Shown here piece by piece: positions 1-14,967 of a DNA stretch of 64,000 bases. Origin of the DNA: Xanthobacteraceae bacterium (lineage in GTDB: Bacteria; Pseudomonadota; Alphaproteobacteria; Rhizobiales; Xanthobacteraceae); assembly GCA_036271715.1 (NCBI GenBank), contig DATBAD010000001.1, positions 83,887 through 147,886 of the forward strand, in the 5' to 3' direction. The stretch's first letter is position 1, and each line of letters opens with the position of its first letter. A model generated the notes under the pieces. The model did not search any database, was not told the origin of the DNA, and saw only the letters and a list, made by a program, of their open reading frames with translations. The position numbers and the translations under genes are program-made.

Positions 1-1
1 C

Positions 2-490
<489 letters not shown>

Positions 491-514
491 CGCCGGCGAA
501 AAAGGATTCTTACA

Positions 515-2590
<2,076 letters not shown>

Positions 2591-2633
2591 TCATTCACTA
2601 AGGATTAGGTAGAGAGCCGGAACGGAGAGCCCC

Positions 2634-3824
<1,191 letters not shown>

Positions 3825-3837
3825 AGGTCTGAAACAT

Positions 3838-3855
3838 GCCCCGCGCAATCGGGGC
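3838..3855 (+). terminator. Weak hairpin (gccccg-cgcaat-cggggc) followed by gtctgttt, between tuf and rpsJ
   Basis: A 6-bp GC stem read directly from the sequence, with only a short T tract. Possible partial terminator or attenuator separating the str and S10 operons. Confidence 0.3.
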
Positions 3856-3877
3856 GTCTGTTTCCAAGAGCGGTACC

Positions 3878-4186
3878 ATGAACGGTCAGAACATAAGAAT
3901 TCGTCTGAAGGCGTTCGATCATCGCATTCTCGATGCGTCGACCCGCGAAATCGTCAACACGGCCAAGCGCACGGGTGCGCAAGTCCGCGGTCCGATTCCG
4001 CTGCCGACCAAGATCGAGAAGTTCACGGTGAACCGCTCGCCCCATGTCGACAAAAAGAGCCGCGAGCAGTTCGAAATGCGCACGCATAAGCGCCTGCTCG
4101 ATATCGTCGATCCGACGCCGCAGACGGTGGACGCGCTGATGAAGCTCGACCTCGCCGCCGGCGTCGACGTCGAGATCAAGCTCTAA
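3878..4186 (+). CDS. rpsJ: 30S ribosomal protein S10 (uS10)
   Basis: The ORF track gives 3836..4186. The conserved uS10 N-terminus [15 protein letters not shown] starts at ATG 3878, giving 102 aa. Confidence 0.95.
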   Translation: MNGQNIRIRLKAFDHRILDASTREIVNTAKRTGAQVRGPIPLPTKIEKFTVNRSPHVDKKSREQFEMRTHKRLLDIVDPTPQTVDALMKLDLAAGVDVEIKL

Positions 4187-4205
4187 GGGTTTGGAGAAGA
4201 GAGCA

Positions 4206-4943
4206 ATGCGATCCGGGGTACTGGCGCAAAAGATCGGGATGACGCGTCTCTTCACCGAGACGGGTGAGCACGTGCCGGTCACGGTGCTGCGGCTTGGCAA
4301 TTGTCAGGTGGTCGCGCACCGCACGAAGGACAAGAACGGCTATGTCGCGCTGCAGCTCGGCGCCGGTTCGCGCAAAGTGCAGGGTACGAACCGTGCCGAT
4401 CGCGGTCATTTCGCGATCGCCAAGGTCGAGCCCAAGCGCAAGCTCGCCGAATTCCGCGTCGACGAAAGCGGTCTCATTCCGGTCGGTGCAGAAATTACCG
4501 CTGATCATTTTGTCGTCGGCCAATTTGTCGATGTCACCGGCACCTCGACCGGCAAAGGTTTTGCCGGCGGTATGAAGCGCTGGAATTTCGCCGGCCTTCG
4601 CGCCAGTCACGGCGTGTCGATCTCGCACCGCTCGATTGGTTCGACCGGCGGCCGTCAGGATCCGGGCAAGACCTTCAAGAACAAGAAAATGCCAGGCCAT
4701 CTCGGCGTCGATCGCGTCACCACGCTCAACCTCAAGGTTCGTCAGACCGATGTCGAGCGCGGCCTGATCCTGGTCGAAGGCGCCGTTCCGGGCGTTCGAG
4801 GCGGCTGGATCACGGTGCGCGACGCGGTGAAGAAGACGCTTCCCAAGGAAGCGCCGAAGCCCGGCAAGTTCAAGCTTGCCGATAATGCTGCCACCGCGCC
4901 GGTTGCGGTCGGTCAAGAAGCGCAAAGCGCAGAGGGGCAGTGA
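4206..4943 (+). CDS. rplC: 50S ribosomal protein L3 (uL3)
   Basis: The conserved start [14 protein letters not shown] is at ATG 4206, preceded by GGAGAAG. The ORF-track start at 4191 is a TTG. Confidence 0.95.
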   Translation: MRSGVLAQKIGMTRLFTETGEHVPVTVLRLGNCQVVAHRTKDKNGYVALQLGAGSRKVQGTNRADRGHFAIAKVEPKRKLAEFRVDESGLIPVGAEITADHFVVGQFVDVTGTSTGKGFAGGMKRWNFAGLRASHGVSISHRSIGSTGGRQDPGKTFKNKKMPGHLGVDRVTTLNLKVRQTDVERGLILVEGAVPGVRGGWITVRDAVKKTLPKEAPKPGKFKLADNAATAPVAVGQEAQSAEGQ

Positions 4944-4944
4944 C

Positions 4945-5565
4945 ATGGAACTTGAAGTCACCACCCTCGAAGGCGAGAAAGCCGGTTCGGTCACGCTGTC
5001 CGACGCCATTTTCGGTCTCGAGCCACGCACCGACATCATTCATCGCTGCGTCATTTGGCAACTCGCCAAGCGGCGAGCCGGCACGCATCAGGTGCAGGGT
5101 CGCGCCGATGTGCATCGCACCGGCAAGAAGATGTATCGCCAGAAGGGCACCGGTTCGGCTCGCCACGGTTCGGCGCGAGTCAACCTGTTTCGTGGCGGCG
5201 GCCGTTCGTTCGGTCCGCATACCCGCAGTCATGAAATCGGTCTGCCGAAGAAAATGCGGGCCTTGGCGCTCCGCCATGCGCTCTCGGCCAAGGCCAAAGA
5301 CGGCGGCATCGTCGTGATCGATGCGCTCTCGCTCAAGGATGCCAAGACCAAAGCTTTGCGCGGTCATTTCGACAAGCTCGGCTTTGCCAATGCGCTGTTC
5401 ATCGATGGCGCAGTGGTGGCGGCCGGCGTGGTGAATGCGGCGCGCAACATTCCGAATATCGATGTGTTGCCGGTCGCCGGTATCAATGTCTACGACATCA
5501 TGCGGCGACACAAACTGGTGCTGACCCGCGCCGCAGTCGATGCGTTGGAGGCGCGCTTCAAATGA
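4945..5565 (+). CDS. rplD: 50S ribosomal protein L4 (uL4)
   Basis: ATG 4945 ([14 protein letters not shown]) lies just after the rplC stop. 206 aa. S10-operon order. Confidence 0.95.
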   Translation: MELEVTTLEGEKAGSVTLSDAIFGLEPRTDIIHRCVIWQLAKRRAGTHQVQGRADVHRTGKKMYRQKGTGSARHGSARVNLFRGGGRSFGPHTRSHEIGLPKKMRALALRHALSAKAKDGGIVVIDALSLKDAKTKALRGHFDKLGFANALFIDGAVVAAGVVNAARNIPNIDVLPVAGINVYDIMRRHKLVLTRAAVDALEARFK

Positions 5566-5861
5566 CCACCACAGATCCGCGCCATTACGACGTTATCGTT
5601 GCGCCGCTCATCACCGAGAAGGCGACCAACGCGTCCGAATTCAACAAAGTCGTTTTCAAGGTCGCGATGACTGCGACCAAACCGCAGATCAAAGAAGCGG
5701 TCGAGAAGCTGTTCGACGTCAAAGTGAAGAGCGTCAACACGCTCCGCCGCAAAGGCAAAATGCGCATTTTCAAAGGCCGTTACGGCCGCACCTCCGACAC
5801 CAAGCGCGCGATCGTTACCCTCGAAGAGGGCCAAACGATCGACGTTACGACGGGGCTGTAA
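5562..5861 (+). CDS. rplW: 50S ribosomal protein L23 (uL23)
   Basis: 99-aa ORF with an ATGA overlap with the rplD stop. Operon position. Confidence 0.95.
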   Translation: MTTTDPRHYDVIVAPLITEKATNASEFNKVVFKVAMTATKPQIKEAVEKLFDVKVKSVNTLRRKGKMRIFKGRYGRTSDTKRAIVTLEEGQTIDVTTGL

Positions 5862-5871
5862 GGAGCCGACG

Positions 5872-6702
5872 ATGGCACTTCGCAATTATAATCCGACCAC
5901 GCCGGGCCAGCGTCAGCTGGTGCTGGTCGACCGTTCCGGTCTGCATGCCGGCAAGCCGCTCAAGGGGCTGACCGAAGGCCAGAAGTCGACCGGCGGCCGC
6001 AACAATAATGGCCGCATCACGTCGCGCTTCCGCGGCGCTGGCCACAAGCAGTCCTACCGGCTGATCGACTTCAAGCGCCGCAAATTCGACGTGCCGGCGA
6101 CGGTTGAGCGGATCGAATACGATCCGAACCGCACGGCGTTCATCGCGCTGGTCAAATATCAGGACGGCGAACTCGCTTATATTCTGGCGCCGCAGCGTCT
6201 TGCGGCCGGCGATACCATTGTCGCCGGTGAGCATGTCGACGTGAAGCCGGGCAATGCGATGCCGGTGGCAAGCATTCCGGTCGGCACCATCATCCACAAT
6301 ATCGAGCTCAAGATCGGCAAGGGCGGCCAGATTGCGCGTTCAGCCGGTGCCTATGCGCAGATCGTCGGCCGTGACGGCGAATACGTGATCCTGCGCCTGA
6401 ACTCAGGTGAGCAGCGCTTGGTCCATGGCCGTTGCATGGCGACCGTCGGCGCGGTGTCCAATCCGGACAATATGAACATCTCGATCGGCAAGGCCGGTCG
6501 CAATCGTTGGCTTGGCTGGCGCGGCCATGTCCGCGGCGAGACCATGAACCCGGTCGATCATCCGCACGGCGGCCGCACGCGCGGCGGCCGGCATCCGGTG
6601 ACGCCGTGGGGCAAGCCGACCAAAGGTATGAAGACGCGCAAGAATAAATCGACGAGCAAGTTCATCATGGCAAGCCGTCACGCGCGCAAGAAGCAGAAGT
6701 AG
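5872..6702 (+). CDS. rplB: 50S ribosomal protein L2 (uL2)
   Basis: 276-aa ORF containing the conserved [11 protein letters not shown] and [11 protein letters not shown]-like ([10 protein letters not shown]) segments. Confidence 0.97.
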   Translation: MALRNYNPTTPGQRQLVLVDRSGLHAGKPLKGLTEGQKSTGGRNNNGRITSRFRGAGHKQSYRLIDFKRRKFDVPATVERIEYDPNRTAFIALVKYQDGELAYILAPQRLAAGDTIVAGEHVDVKPGNAMPVASIPVGTIIHNIELKIGKGGQIARSAGAYAQIVGRDGEYVILRLNSGEQRLVHGRCMATVGAVSNPDNMNISIGKAGRNRWLGWRGHVRGETMNPVDHPHGGRTRGGRHPVTPWGKPTKGMKTRKNKSTSKFIMASRHARKKQK

Positions 6703-6710
6703 GAGCGACT

Positions 6711-7031
6711 ATGACGCGTTCAGTCTGGAAGGGCCCGTTTGTCGACGGCTATATGCTGAAAAAAGCAGACACCGCGCGCTCATCCGGCCGTCACGAGATG
6801 ATCCGCATCTGGTCGCGGCGCTCGACCATTCTGCCGCAATTCGTCGGCCTGACGTTCGGCGTTTACAACGGCCAGAAGCACATCCCGGTGATCGTCACCG
6901 AGGAAATGGTCGGTCACAAGTTCGGCGAGTTCTCGCCGACCCGTTCGTTCTACGGCCATACGTCCGACCGCAAGGCTAAGCGATCCGGTGGCGATAGCTC
7001 GGCACCGGCGGCTGCCGGCGGCAAATCGTGA
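6711..7031 (+). CDS. rpsS: 30S ribosomal protein S19 (uS19) with a short Gly/Ala/Ser C-terminal tail
   Basis: 106-aa [16 protein letters not shown] ... [11 protein letters not shown] is the uS19 core. About 13 extra residues ([15 protein letters not shown]) follow the usual basic C-terminus. Confidence 0.95.
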   Translation: MTRSVWKGPFVDGYMLKKADTARSSGRHEMIRIWSRRSTILPQFVGLTFGVYNGQKHIPVIVTEEMVGHKFGEFSPTRSFYGHTSDRKAKRSGGDSSAPAAAGGKS

Positions 7032-7047
7032 GCCGGGGAGAAGTCCG

Positions 7048-7428
7048 ATGAGCAAGAAAAAGCGCGATCGCGCGCTCGCCGACAACGAAGCCAAGGCCGT
7101 GACCCGGATGCTGCGGATCAGCCCGCAGAAGCTCAACCTGCTTGCCCAGCTCATTCGCGGCAAGAAAGCATCGTCGGCGCTGGCCGATCTCGAATTCTCG
7201 CGCAAGCGTATCGCGCGCGACGTTCGCAAATGCCTGGAATCGGCAATCGCGAACGCGGAAAACAATCACGATCTCGACGTCGACGATCTCGTCGTCGCCG
7301 AGGCACATGTCGGCAAGGCTCTTGTGATCAAGCGGCATGAAGTCCGCGCCCGTGGCCGCGTCGGCGCAATTATGAAGCCGTTCTCGCACCTCACCATCGT
7401 GGTGCGCGAAGTCGAGGCGCAGGCTTAA
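7048..7428 (+). CDS. rplV: 50S ribosomal protein L22 (uL22)
   Basis: ATG 7048 ([18 protein letters not shown]), 126 aa. The ORF-track start at 6988 would overlap rpsS. Confidence 0.95.
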   Translation: MSKKKRDRALADNEAKAVTRMLRISPQKLNLLAQLIRGKKASSALADLEFSRKRIARDVRKCLESAIANAENNHDLDVDDLVVAEAHVGKALVIKRHEVRARGRVGAIMKPFSHLTIVVREVEAQA

Positions 7429-7447
7429 AGGGCGGCGAGGAGAGAAC

Positions 7448-8146
7448 ATGGGTCAGAAGGTCAATCCGATCGGACTTCGTCTCGGCATCAACCGCACCTG
7501 GGATTCGCGGTGGTATGCCGGCAAGGCCGCTTATGGCGCGCTGCTGCACGAGGATATGGAAATCCGCAAAATGCTGCTCGCCGAACTCAAGCAGGCTGCG
7601 GTTGCGAAGATCGTGATCGAGCGGCCGCATAAGAAGTGCCGCGTCACCGTTCACTCGGCGCGTCCGGGCGTCGTCATCGGCAAGAAGGGCGCCGATATCG
7701 AGAAGCTGCGCCGCAAGGTGGCTGCGCTGACCGACAGCGACGTCGTCATCAATATCGTCGAGATTCGCAAGCCGGAGCTCGATGCGCAACTGGTTGCCGA
7801 ATCGATCGCGCAGCAGCTTGAACGTCGCGTCGCGTTCCGCCGCGCCATGAAGCGTGCCGTGCAGTCGGCCGTGCGTCTTGGCGCCGGCGGCATCCGTATC
7901 AATTGCTCGGGCCGTCTTGGCGGGGCCGAAATCGCGCGCGCGGAGTGGTATCGCGAGGGCCGCGTGCCGCTGCATACGCTGCGCGCCGACGTCGATTACG
8001 GCGTTGCCACCGCGTTCACCACTTACGGCACCTGCGGCGTGAAGGTCTGGATCTTCAAAGGCGAGATCATGGAACACGACCCGATGGCCCAGGATAAGCG
8101 CATGGCCGAAGCCGATGCCGGCCGGCCGCGCCGGGACGCGGCGTAA
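7448..8146 (+). CDS. rpsC: 30S ribosomal protein S3 (uS3)
   Basis: 232-aa ORF starting [26 protein letters not shown]-domain region present. Confidence 0.97.
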   Translation: MGQKVNPIGLRLGINRTWDSRWYAGKAAYGALLHEDMEIRKMLLAELKQAAVAKIVIERPHKKCRVTVHSARPGVVIGKKGADIEKLRRKVAALTDSDVVINIVEIRKPELDAQLVAESIAQQLERRVAFRRAMKRAVQSAVRLGAGGIRINCSGRLGGAEIARAEWYREGRVPLHTLRADVDYGVATAFTTYGTCGVKVWIFKGEIMEHDPMAQDKRMAEADAGRPRRDAA

Positions 8147-8178
8147 GGAACGAGAGACGGGAATAGAGGCGTAGAGCC

Positions 8179-8592
8179 ATGCTGCAACCGAAACGAACGA
8201 AATTCCGCAAGGCGCACAAGGGCCGCATTAAAGGCGTGGCCACGAGTGGGCAGGTTCTTGCGTTCGGCCAGTTCGGGCTCAAGGCCGTCGAGCCGGAGCG
8301 CGTTACCGCGCGCCAGATCGAGGCCGCGCGCCGTGCACTCACGCGTCACATGAAGCGTGCCGGCCGCGTCTGGATCCGCATGTTCCCGGACGTGCCGGTT
8401 TCCAAGAAGCCGCTTGAAGTGCGCATGGGCTCGGGCAAGGGCGCGCCGGAGCTTTGGGTCGCGCGCATCAAGCCGGGCCGCATTTTGTTCGAAGTCGACG
8501 GCGTGCCGGTCACGGTCGCCAAGGAGGCGCTGGCGCTTGCTGCGGCCAAATTGCCGATCAAGACCCGGTTCGTCGAACGGATCAGCGAGTAG
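8179..8592 (+). CDS. rplP: 50S ribosomal protein L16 (uL16)
   Basis: 137-aa ORF starting [16 protein letters not shown]. Confidence 0.97.
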   Translation: MLQPKRTKFRKAHKGRIKGVATSGQVLAFGQFGLKAVEPERVTARQIEAARRALTRHMKRAGRVWIRMFPDVPVSKKPLEVRMGSGKGAPELWVARIKPGRILFEVDGVPVTVAKEALALAAAKLPIKTRFVERISE

Positions 8593-8597
8593 GCGTC

Positions 8598-8816
8598 ATG
8601 AAAGCGGCCGACATCAAACAAATGACGATCGATCAGATCGACGACGAAGTGCTCAAGCTGAAGAAGGAGCATTTCAATTTGCGCTTTCAGCGCGCTAGCG
8701 GGCAGTTGGAAAACACCTCGCGCGTGCGTGAAGTGCGGCGCGACATTGCGCGGCTTAAGACGATTGCGCGCGGTAAGCGCCAGGGTCCGGCGAAACAAGC
8801 CGCGGCCAAACGGTAA
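8598..8816 (+). CDS. rpmC: 50S ribosomal protein L29 (uL29)
   Basis: ATG 8598 ([31 protein letters not shown]), 72 aa. The ORF-track start at 8454 lies inside rplP. Confidence 0.94.
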   Translation: MKAADIKQMTIDQIDDEVLKLKKEHFNLRFQRASGQLENTSRVREVRRDIARLKTIARGKRQGPAKQAAAKR

Positions 8817-8828
8817 AGAGGATTAGAG

Positions 8829-9077
8829 ATGCCGAAGCGTACTCTTCAGGGCGTCGTGGTGAGCGACAAGCAGGCGAAAACGCTGGTGGTGCGGGTCGAG
8901 CGCCGCTACACGCATCCGTTGTTCAAGAAGACGGTGCGCAGCTCGAAGAAGTACTACGCGCACGACGAGAAGAACGAATTCCATGTCGGCGACATGGTGT
9001 GGATCGAAGAGCACGCGCCAATCTCCAAGCTCAAGCGCTGGGCGGTAGTGCGCGGCGAGAAAAAGAAGGCTTCGTAG
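8829..9077 (+). CDS. rpsQ: 30S ribosomal protein S17 (uS17)
   Basis: 82-aa ORF starting [26 protein letters not shown]. Confidence 0.96.
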   Translation: MPKRTLQGVVVSDKQAKTLVVRVERRYTHPLFKKTVRSSKKYYAHDEKNEFHVGDMVWIEEHAPISKLKRWAVVRGEKKKAS

Positions 9078-9112
9078 GTAATGCGACCGGAATGGAAAGT
9101 GTGGGTTAACCC

Positions 9113-9481
9113 ATGATCCAGATGCAAACCAATCTCGACGTGGCGGATAATTCCGGCGCGCGCCGTGTCATGTGCATCAAGGTGCTCGGCGGCTCGAAAC
9201 GGAAATACGCCACCATCGGGGACGTCATCGTCGTCTCGGTGAAAGAAGCGATCCCGCGCGGCCGCGTCAAAAAAGGCGACGTGATGAAGGCCGTGATCGT
9301 GCGCATCCGCAAGGACATCAAGCGCGCCGACGGCTCGGTCATTCGTTTCGACCGCAACGCGGCGGTGCTGATCAATCCGCAGATGGAGCCGGTCGGGACC
9401 CGTATCTTTGGACCGGTGCCGCGCGAATTGCGGGCAAAGAACCACATGAAGATCATTTCGCTCGCGCCGGAGGTGCTGTGA
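9113..9481 (+). CDS. rplN: 50S ribosomal protein L14 (uL14)
   Basis: 122-aa ORF starting [17 protein letters not shown]. Confidence 0.97.
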   Translation: MIQMQTNLDVADNSGARRVMCIKVLGGSKRKYATIGDVIVVSVKEAIPRGRVKKGDVMKAVIVRIRKDIKRADGSVIRFDRNAAVLINPQMEPVGTRIFGPVPRELRAKNHMKIISLAPEVL

Positions 9482-9807
9482 TGGCGGCGCGAATCAAAAA
9501 GGGCGACACGGTGATCGTGATCGCCGGGCGCGACAAAGGCCGCACCGGCGAGGTCATCGAAATGCGTCGCGACGCCGGCCGCGTGCTGGTGCGTGGCGTC
9601 AATATGGTCAAGCGGCATCAGCGGCAGACCGCGGCGCAGGAAGGCGGCATCATCTCCAAGGAAGCCTCCATTCACCTGTCGAACGTGGCGCTGACCGATC
9701 CGAAGGACGGCAAGCCGACGCGCGTCGGCTTCAAGATCGTGGGCAAAGGCGACGAGCAGAAGAAAGTGCGCGTCGCCAAGCGCTCGGGAGTTGAAATCGA
9801 TGGCTGA
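9481..9807 (+). CDS. rplX: 50S ribosomal protein L24 (uL24)
   Basis: ATG 9481 overlaps the rplN stop (TGATG). [25 protein letters not shown] is the KOW motif. 108 aa. Confidence 0.95.
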   Translation: MAARIKKGDTVIVIAGRDKGRTGEVIEMRRDAGRVLVRGVNMVKRHQRQTAAQEGGIISKEASIHLSNVALTDPKDGKPTRVGFKIVGKGDEQKKVRVAKRSGVEIDG

Positions 9808-10522
9808 TAAAGAAGACAAAAAGGCCAAAAAGCCGGAGCAGGCCGAGCGGGCGAAGAAGCCTGCCGCGACCGAGCAGGCGGCCAAAGGCGCCGACAAGTC
9901 CGCCAAGGGCGAGGCTAAGGGCGATAAGGCTGCAAAGCCGGCAAAGGCCGAGGGTGCGGCCCGTGAAGCGGAGCCGAAGGTCCCGGCGCGCTTGAAGGTC
10001 CAGTACGACGAGGACATTCGCGGCAAGCTCACGACGCAGTTCAGCTACAAGAACCGTTTCCAGACGCCGGGGCTCGACAAGGTCGTCATCAATATGGGCA
10101 TCGGCGAAGGTGTCGCCGACCGCAAGAAGGTCGACAATGCAGCGTCGGATCTCGCGTTGATCGCCGGCCAAAAGCCTGTGATCACCAAGTCGCGCAAGTC
10201 GATCGCGACCTACAAGCTGCGCGACGGCCAGGCGATCGGCTGCAAAGTCACGCTGCGTAAAGCGCGGATGTACGAATTCCTCGATCGGCTGATCAATATC
10301 GCGCTGCCGCGCGTACGTGACTTCCGCGGGCTCAATCCGAAGAGCTTCGACGGCCGCGGCAACTACACGTTCGGCGTCAAGGAACACATTATTTTCCCGG
10401 AGATCGACTACGACAAGGCGTCCGATATCTGGGGCATGGACATCACCGTATGCACCACGGCGCGCACCGACGACGAGGCGCGCGCTTTGTTGGCAGCATT
10501 CAATTTTCCGTTCCGGCAGTGA
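9800..10522 (+). CDS. rplE: 50S ribosomal protein L5 (uL5) with a Lys/Ala-rich N-terminal extension
   Basis: ATG 9800 overlaps the rplX stop (ATGGCTGA). The uL5 core starts around residue 61 ([17 protein letters not shown] ... NMGIGEG). 240 aa, against the usual length of about 185. Confidence 0.9.
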   Translation: MADKEDKKAKKPEQAERAKKPAATEQAAKGADKSAKGEAKGDKAAKPAKAEGAAREAEPKVPARLKVQYDEDIRGKLTTQFSYKNRFQTPGLDKVVINMGIGEGVADRKKVDNAASDLALIAGQKPVITKSRKSIATYKLRDGQAIGCKVTLRKARMYEFLDRLINIALPRVRDFRGLNPKSFDGRGNYTFGVKEHIIFPEIDYDKASDIWGMDITVCTTARTDDEARALLAAFNFPFRQ

Positions 10523-10569
10523 GGACCTGAAAGACCAGGCTTCAGACGCGGAGCGAGGTGGAGAACGAA

Positions 10570-10875
10570 ATGGCGAAGAAGAGTTCGATCGAGAAGAACA
10601 ACCGGCGTCGCAAGATGGCGAAGTCGTATTCCGGCCGCCGCGCGCGGCTTAAAGCGATCGCGAAGGACAAGAACAAGCCGGTGGAAGAACGTTTTGCCGC
10701 GGCGCTGAAGCTTGCCGAATTGCCGCGCAATTCGTCGGCAACTCGCATCCGCAACCGCTGCGAACTGACTGGCCGCCCGCGCGGCTTCTACCGCAAGCAC
10801 AAGCTGTCGCGCATCGCGCTCCGTGATCTCGGCTCCAAAGGGCTGATCCCGGGCCTCGTGAAGTCGAGCTGGTAA
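10570..10875 (+). CDS. rpsN: 30S ribosomal protein S14 (uS14)
   Basis: ATG 10570 ([16 protein letters not shown]), 101 aa, the long non-zinc form. Ends ...GLVKSSW. Confidence 0.95.
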   Translation: MAKKSSIEKNNRRRKMAKSYSGRRARLKAIAKDKNKPVEERFAAALKLAELPRNSSATRIRNRCELTGRPRGFYRKHKLSRIALRDLGSKGLIPGLVKSSW

Positions 10876-10887
10876 GGGGGCGCCACC

Positions 10888-11283
10888 ATGTCTGTAAATG
10901 ATCCGCTCGGCGATCTCCTGACCCGCATCCGTAACGCGCAGATGCGCAATAAGTCGAAGGTCTCTTCGCCGAATTCGCGCCTGCGCGAAAGCGTGCTCGA
11001 AGTGCTCAAGACCGAGGGTTATATCCGTGGCTATGCCGTGGTCGAAAAGGACGGCCGCGCGGAAATCGAGATCGAGCTGAAATATTTCGACGGCGAGCCG
11101 GTGATCCGCGAAATCGCGCGTGTCTCCAAGCCGGGCCGCCGCGTCTATACCTCGGTCAAGAACATGCCGCGCATCAATAACGGGCTCGGCGTCACCATCG
11201 TTTCGACGCCGAAGGGTGTCATGGCCGATCACGCCGCGCGCGACGCTAATGTCGGCGGCGAAATTCTTTGCACGGTGTTCTGA
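10888..11283 (+). CDS. rpsH: 30S ribosomal protein S8 (uS8)
   Basis: 131-aa ORF starting [19 protein letters not shown]. Confidence 0.97.
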   Translation: MSVNDPLGDLLTRIRNAQMRNKSKVSSPNSRLRESVLEVLKTEGYIRGYAVVEKDGRAEIEIELKYFDGEPVIREIARVSKPGRRVYTSVKNMPRINNGLGVTIVSTPKGVMADHAARDANVGGEILCTVF

Positions 11284-11816
11284 TGTCTCGCGTCGGTAAA
11301 AAAGGCGTCGCGGTCCCCGCCGGCGTTACGGCTAATGTCGAGGGCCAGACCATCAAGATCAAAGGCCCCAAGGGCGCGCTGTCGCTCGCGGTGCATGACG
11401 ATGTCGCCGTCAAGCTCGAAGGCGGACAGATCAAGGTCGATCCGCGCACCGAGACCAAGCGGGCGCGGTCGCAATGGGGCACGTCGCGTACGCTGATCGC
11501 CAATCTGATTTCCGGCGTCACCAAGGGTTTCGAGCAGCGGCTTGAGATCAACGGTGTCGGTTATCGCGCCGCAGTGCAGGGCAAGAACCTGCAGCTCGCG
11601 CTCGGCTACAGCCACGACGTCGTCTATCCGATCCCGGAAGGCATTACGATCGCAACGCCGAGGCCGGTCGAGATCGTGATTAGTGGCGCCGATCGCCAGA
11701 AGGTCGGTCAGGTCGCCGCCGAGATCCGCGATTACCGTCCGCCGGAGCCGTATAAGGGCAAGGGCATCAAATATTCCGACGAGCGCATCTTCCGTAAGGA
11801 AGGCAAGAAGAAGTAA
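11283..11816 (+). CDS. rplF: 50S ribosomal protein L6 (uL6)
   Basis: ATG 11283 overlaps the rpsH stop (TGATG). Starts [15 protein letters not shown]. 177 aa. Confidence 0.95.
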   Translation: MSRVGKKGVAVPAGVTANVEGQTIKIKGPKGALSLAVHDDVAVKLEGGQIKVDPRTETKRARSQWGTSRTLIANLISGVTKGFEQRLEINGVGYRAAVQGKNLQLALGYSHDVVYPIPEGITIATPRPVEIVISGADRQKVGQVAAEIRDYRPPEPYKGKGIKYSDERIFRKEGKKK

Positions 11817-11828
11817 CGGAGCCGCGTC

Positions 11829-12191
11829 ATGACTAAATTCAGCGACAAGATTTTGCGGCGCAAGGGGCGTGTGCGCGGCGCATTGCGCCGGGCTGCCGGC
11901 GACCGCAAGCGGCTGTCGGTGTTCCGCTCGTCCAAGCACATCTATGTGCAGGTGATCGACGACGAAGCCGGCGTGACGATCACCTCGGCATCGTCGATGG
12001 AAGAGGGCTCGCGCGAGGGTCTCAAGACCGGCGCCAGCGTTGCTGCCGCGAAAGCGGTGGGCAAACTCATCGCCGAACGGGCGCAGGAAAAAGGCGTCAA
12101 GGACGTGATCTTCGATCGCGGCAGTTATCTTTACCACGGCCGCGTCAAGGCGCTCGCCGAGGCCGCCCGCGAAGGCGGACTGAATTTCTGA
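11829..12191 (+). CDS. rplR: 50S ribosomal protein L18 (uL18)
   Basis: 120-aa ORF. C-terminus [21 protein letters not shown]. Confidence 0.96.
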   Translation: MTKFSDKILRRKGRVRGALRRAAGDRKRLSVFRSSKHIYVQVIDDEAGVTITSASSMEEGSREGLKTGASVAAAKAVGKLIAERAQEKGVKDVIFDRGSYLYHGRVKALAEAAREGGLNF

Positions 12192-12232
12192 CAATCGAAA
12201 CCCAGTAGACCGATAAACAAGGCACATCAGCT

Positions 12233-12790
12233 ATGGCACGTGAACCCCGCGAGCGAAGAAACGATGACCGCGACAGCGAGTTCGTCGACAAGCTCGTGCA
12301 CATCAACCGCGTCGCCAAGGTCGTCAAAGGCGGCCGGCGTTTCGGCTTCGCCGCGCTTGTCGTTGTCGGCGATCAGAAAGGCCGCGTCGGCTTCGGTCAT
12401 GGCAAGGCGCGCGAAGTGCCGGAAGCGATCCGCAAGGCGACTGAAGCCGCGAAGCGTGGATTGACCCGCGTGCCGTTGCGCGAAGGCCGCACGCTGCATC
12501 ACGACGTGGCTGGCCGTCATGGCGCCGGCAAGGTTTTTCTGCGCGCTGCCCCTCCCGGCACCGGCATCATCGCCGGTGGCCCGATGCGCGCGGTGTTCGA
12601 AACGCTCGGCATGCAGGACGTGGTGGCGAAGTCGCTCGGCACGTCGAATCCGTACAATGTCGTTCGAGCCACCTTCGATGCGCTCAAGCATCAGGATTCG
12701 CCGCGTTCGGTCGCCGCGCGCCGCAATGTGAAAGTGTCGGCGCTGCAGGCTCGCCGCCGCGACGTCGATGCCGAAGCAGCGGTCGAGTAA
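12233..12790 (+). CDS. rpsE: 30S ribosomal protein S5 (uS5)
   Basis: 185-aa ORF containing [23 protein letters not shown]. Confidence 0.96.
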   Translation: MAREPRERRNDDRDSEFVDKLVHINRVAKVVKGGRRFGFAALVVVGDQKGRVGFGHGKAREVPEAIRKATEAAKRGLTRVPLREGRTLHHDVAGRHGAGKVFLRAAPPGTGIIAGGPMRAVFETLGMQDVVAKSLGTSNPYNVVRATFDALKHQDSPRSVAARRNVKVSALQARRRDVDAEAAVE

Positions 12791-12804
12791 GGACGGAGCC
12801 GATC

Positions 12805-13005
12805 ATGAATGCCCAAAACGAGACCGGAAAGACGATCAAGGTCCGGCAGGTCGGAAGCGCTTCGCGCCGCGTCCACACGCAGCGCGAAACGCTGATCGGG
12901 CTCAAGCTCAATAAGATCGGCCGGGTGTCCGAGCTTGTCGACACGCCGGCAACGCGCGGCATGATCGCCAAGGTCGCCCATCTTGTCGAAGTGGTGGAGA
13001 AGTAG
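12805..13005 (+). CDS. rpmD: 50S ribosomal protein L30 (uL30)
   Basis: 66-aa ORF between rpsE and rplO. Confidence 0.93.
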   Translation: MNAQNETGKTIKVRQVGSASRRVHTQRETLIGLKLNKIGRVSELVDTPATRGMIAKVAHLVEVVEK

Positions 13006-13008
13006 CCG

Positions 13009-13500
13009 ATGAAACTCAACGAACTCTCTGGCCCGGCGGGAGCGCGCAAGACGCGCAAGCGCATCGGCCGTGGCATCGGCTCCGGCAAGGGCAAGACCGG
13101 CGGCCGCGGCGGCAAGGGCCAGACCGCGCGCTCGGGCGTGCGCATCAAAGGCTTCGAAGGCGGCCAGATGCCGCTGCATCGGCGCCTGCCGAAGCGCGGC
13201 TTCAAGAACACCATGTTCGCCAAGAAACTCAATGAAGTGAATCTCGGTCGCATCCAGGCAGCTATCGAGTCTGGCGAGCTCGACGCGGCCGCGAAAATCG
13301 ACGCCGCGGCTTTGGTCAAAGCGGGACTTCTCCGCCGCGCCAAAGACGGCGTGCGGCTTCTCGGCGCGGGCGAAATCAAGGCAAAGGTCGCGCTCTCGGT
13401 CTATGGTGCTTCGAAATCGGCGGTAGCGGCGGTCGAAAAGGCCGGCGGCACGGTCGAAATTCTCGCGGCGAGGCCGGAGACGACTGAGCAGGCGGCTTAA
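13009..13500 (+). CDS. rplO: 50S ribosomal protein L15 (uL15)
   Basis: 163-aa ORF containing [38 protein letters not shown]. Confidence 0.96.
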   Translation: MKLNELSGPAGARKTRKRIGRGIGSGKGKTGGRGGKGQTARSGVRIKGFEGGQMPLHRRLPKRGFKNTMFAKKLNEVNLGRIQAAIESGELDAAAKIDAAALVKAGLLRRAKDGVRLLGAGEIKAKVALSVYGASKSAVAAVEKAGGTVEILAARPETTEQAA

Positions 13501-13635
13501 CAGTCGCAAGTCTGGGTCAAGTCTTGGCTAGGCTTCAGCCTTGTGCCGGGCGGCCGCGACTTATAGCTGTCAGTCAGGCGGCGACGGCCGGGGCGGGCCT
13601 AGCCACGGCGGGTGAGAGGGGCTCGGAGCGGTTCG

Positions 13636-14967
13636 ATGGTTTCTGCAGCTGAACAACTGGCAGCCAATCTTAATTTTGGCGCTCTCGCCAAAGCCGACGA
13701 ACTAAAAAAGCGCATCTGGTTCACCCTCGGCGCGCTCTTAGTCTACCGGCTCGGCACTTACATCCCGCTGCCCGGTATCGATCCGAACGCCTGGGATCAG
13801 ATTTTCCAATCCCAGCAAGGCGGCATTTTGGGCATGTTCAATATGTTCGCCGGCGGTGGCATTCATCGCATGGCGATCTTTGCGCTCAACATCATGCCCT
13901 ACATCTCGGCCTCGATCATCATTCAGCTGATGACGACGGTGTCGCCGACCCTCGAGCAGCTCAAGAAAGAGGGCGAGGCCGGCCGCAAGATGATCAATCA
14001 ATACACCCGCTATCTGACCGTAGTGCTGGCCGCATTCCAGGCCTACGGCATCGCGGTCGGTCTTGAAGGCGCGAGCAGCGTGGTCGCCGACCCGGGGCTC
14101 TTTTTCCGCATCTCGACCGTGATTACACTTACCGGTGGCACCATGTTCCTGATGTGGCTCGGTGAGCAGATCACCCTGCGCGGCATCGGCAACGGCACAT
14201 CGCTCATCATTATGTCGGGCATTGTCGCGCAGCTGCCGTCGGCGATCGCCGGCACGCTCGAACTCGGCCGCCAAGGTGCACTCTCGACCGGACTGATCCT
14301 GATCGTGATCCTGATGGTGATCGCGGTCATCACCTTCATCGTGTTCATGGAGCGCGCGCAGCGCCGGCTCCTGATCCAGTATCCGAAGCGCCAGGTCGGC
14401 AACCGGATGTTCGAGGGGCAGTCCTCGCATCTGCCGCTCAAGCTCAATACCTCGGGCGTCATTCCGCCGATCTTTGCGTCGTCGCTCCTTTTGTTGCCGA
14501 CGACGATCGCCAATTTCACGGCCGGCCAGGGGCCGGGCTGGCTGACCATGATCACGACGCAGCTGGCGCACGGCCGGCCGCTGTTCCTTCTGCTCTATGT
14601 CGGGCTGATCGTGTTCTTCGCCTTCTTCTATACGGCGATCGTGTTCAATCCGACCGAGACTGCTGACAATCTGAAAAAGCATGGCGGCTTCATTCCCGGC
14701 ATCCGTCCGGGCGAGCGCACCGCCGAATATATCGACTATGTGCTGTCCCGGATCACGGTAATCGGCGCCGGCTATCTCGCGGTAGTTTGCCTGTTTCCGG
14801 AGATTCTGATTTCCTACGCGGCCGTGCCGTTCTATTTCGGCGGCACCTCGCTCCTGATCGTGGTCAGCGTGACCATGGATACGGTGGCACAGGTTCAAGG
14901 TTACCTTTTGGCCCATCAATATGAGGGCCTCATAAAAAGATCGAAGCTGAGGGGGCGGCGTAGATGA
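13636..14967 (+). CDS. secY: Preprotein translocase subunit SecY
   Basis: ATG 13636 ([15 protein letters not shown]...). Ten-TM protein of 443 aa. Position after rplO. Confidence 0.95.
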   Translation: MVSAAEQLAANLNFGALAKADELKKRIWFTLGALLVYRLGTYIPLPGIDPNAWDQIFQSQQGGILGMFNMFAGGGIHRMAIFALNIMPYISASIIIQLMTTVSPTLEQLKKEGEAGRKMINQYTRYLTVVLAAFQAYGIAVGLEGASSVVADPGLFFRISTVITLTGGTMFLMWLGEQITLRGIGNGTSLIIMSGIVAQLPSAIAGTLELGRQGALSTGLILIVILMVIAVITFIVFMERAQRRLLIQYPKRQVGNRMFEGQSSHLPLKLNTSGVIPPIFASSLLLLPTTIANFTAGQGPGWLTMITTQLAHGRPLFLLLYVGLIVFFAFFYTAIVFNPTETADNLKKHGGFIPGIRPGERTAEYIDYVLSRITVIGAGYLAVVCLFPEILISYAAVPFYFGGTSLLIVVSVTMDTVAQVQGYLLAHQYEGLIKRSKLRGRRR

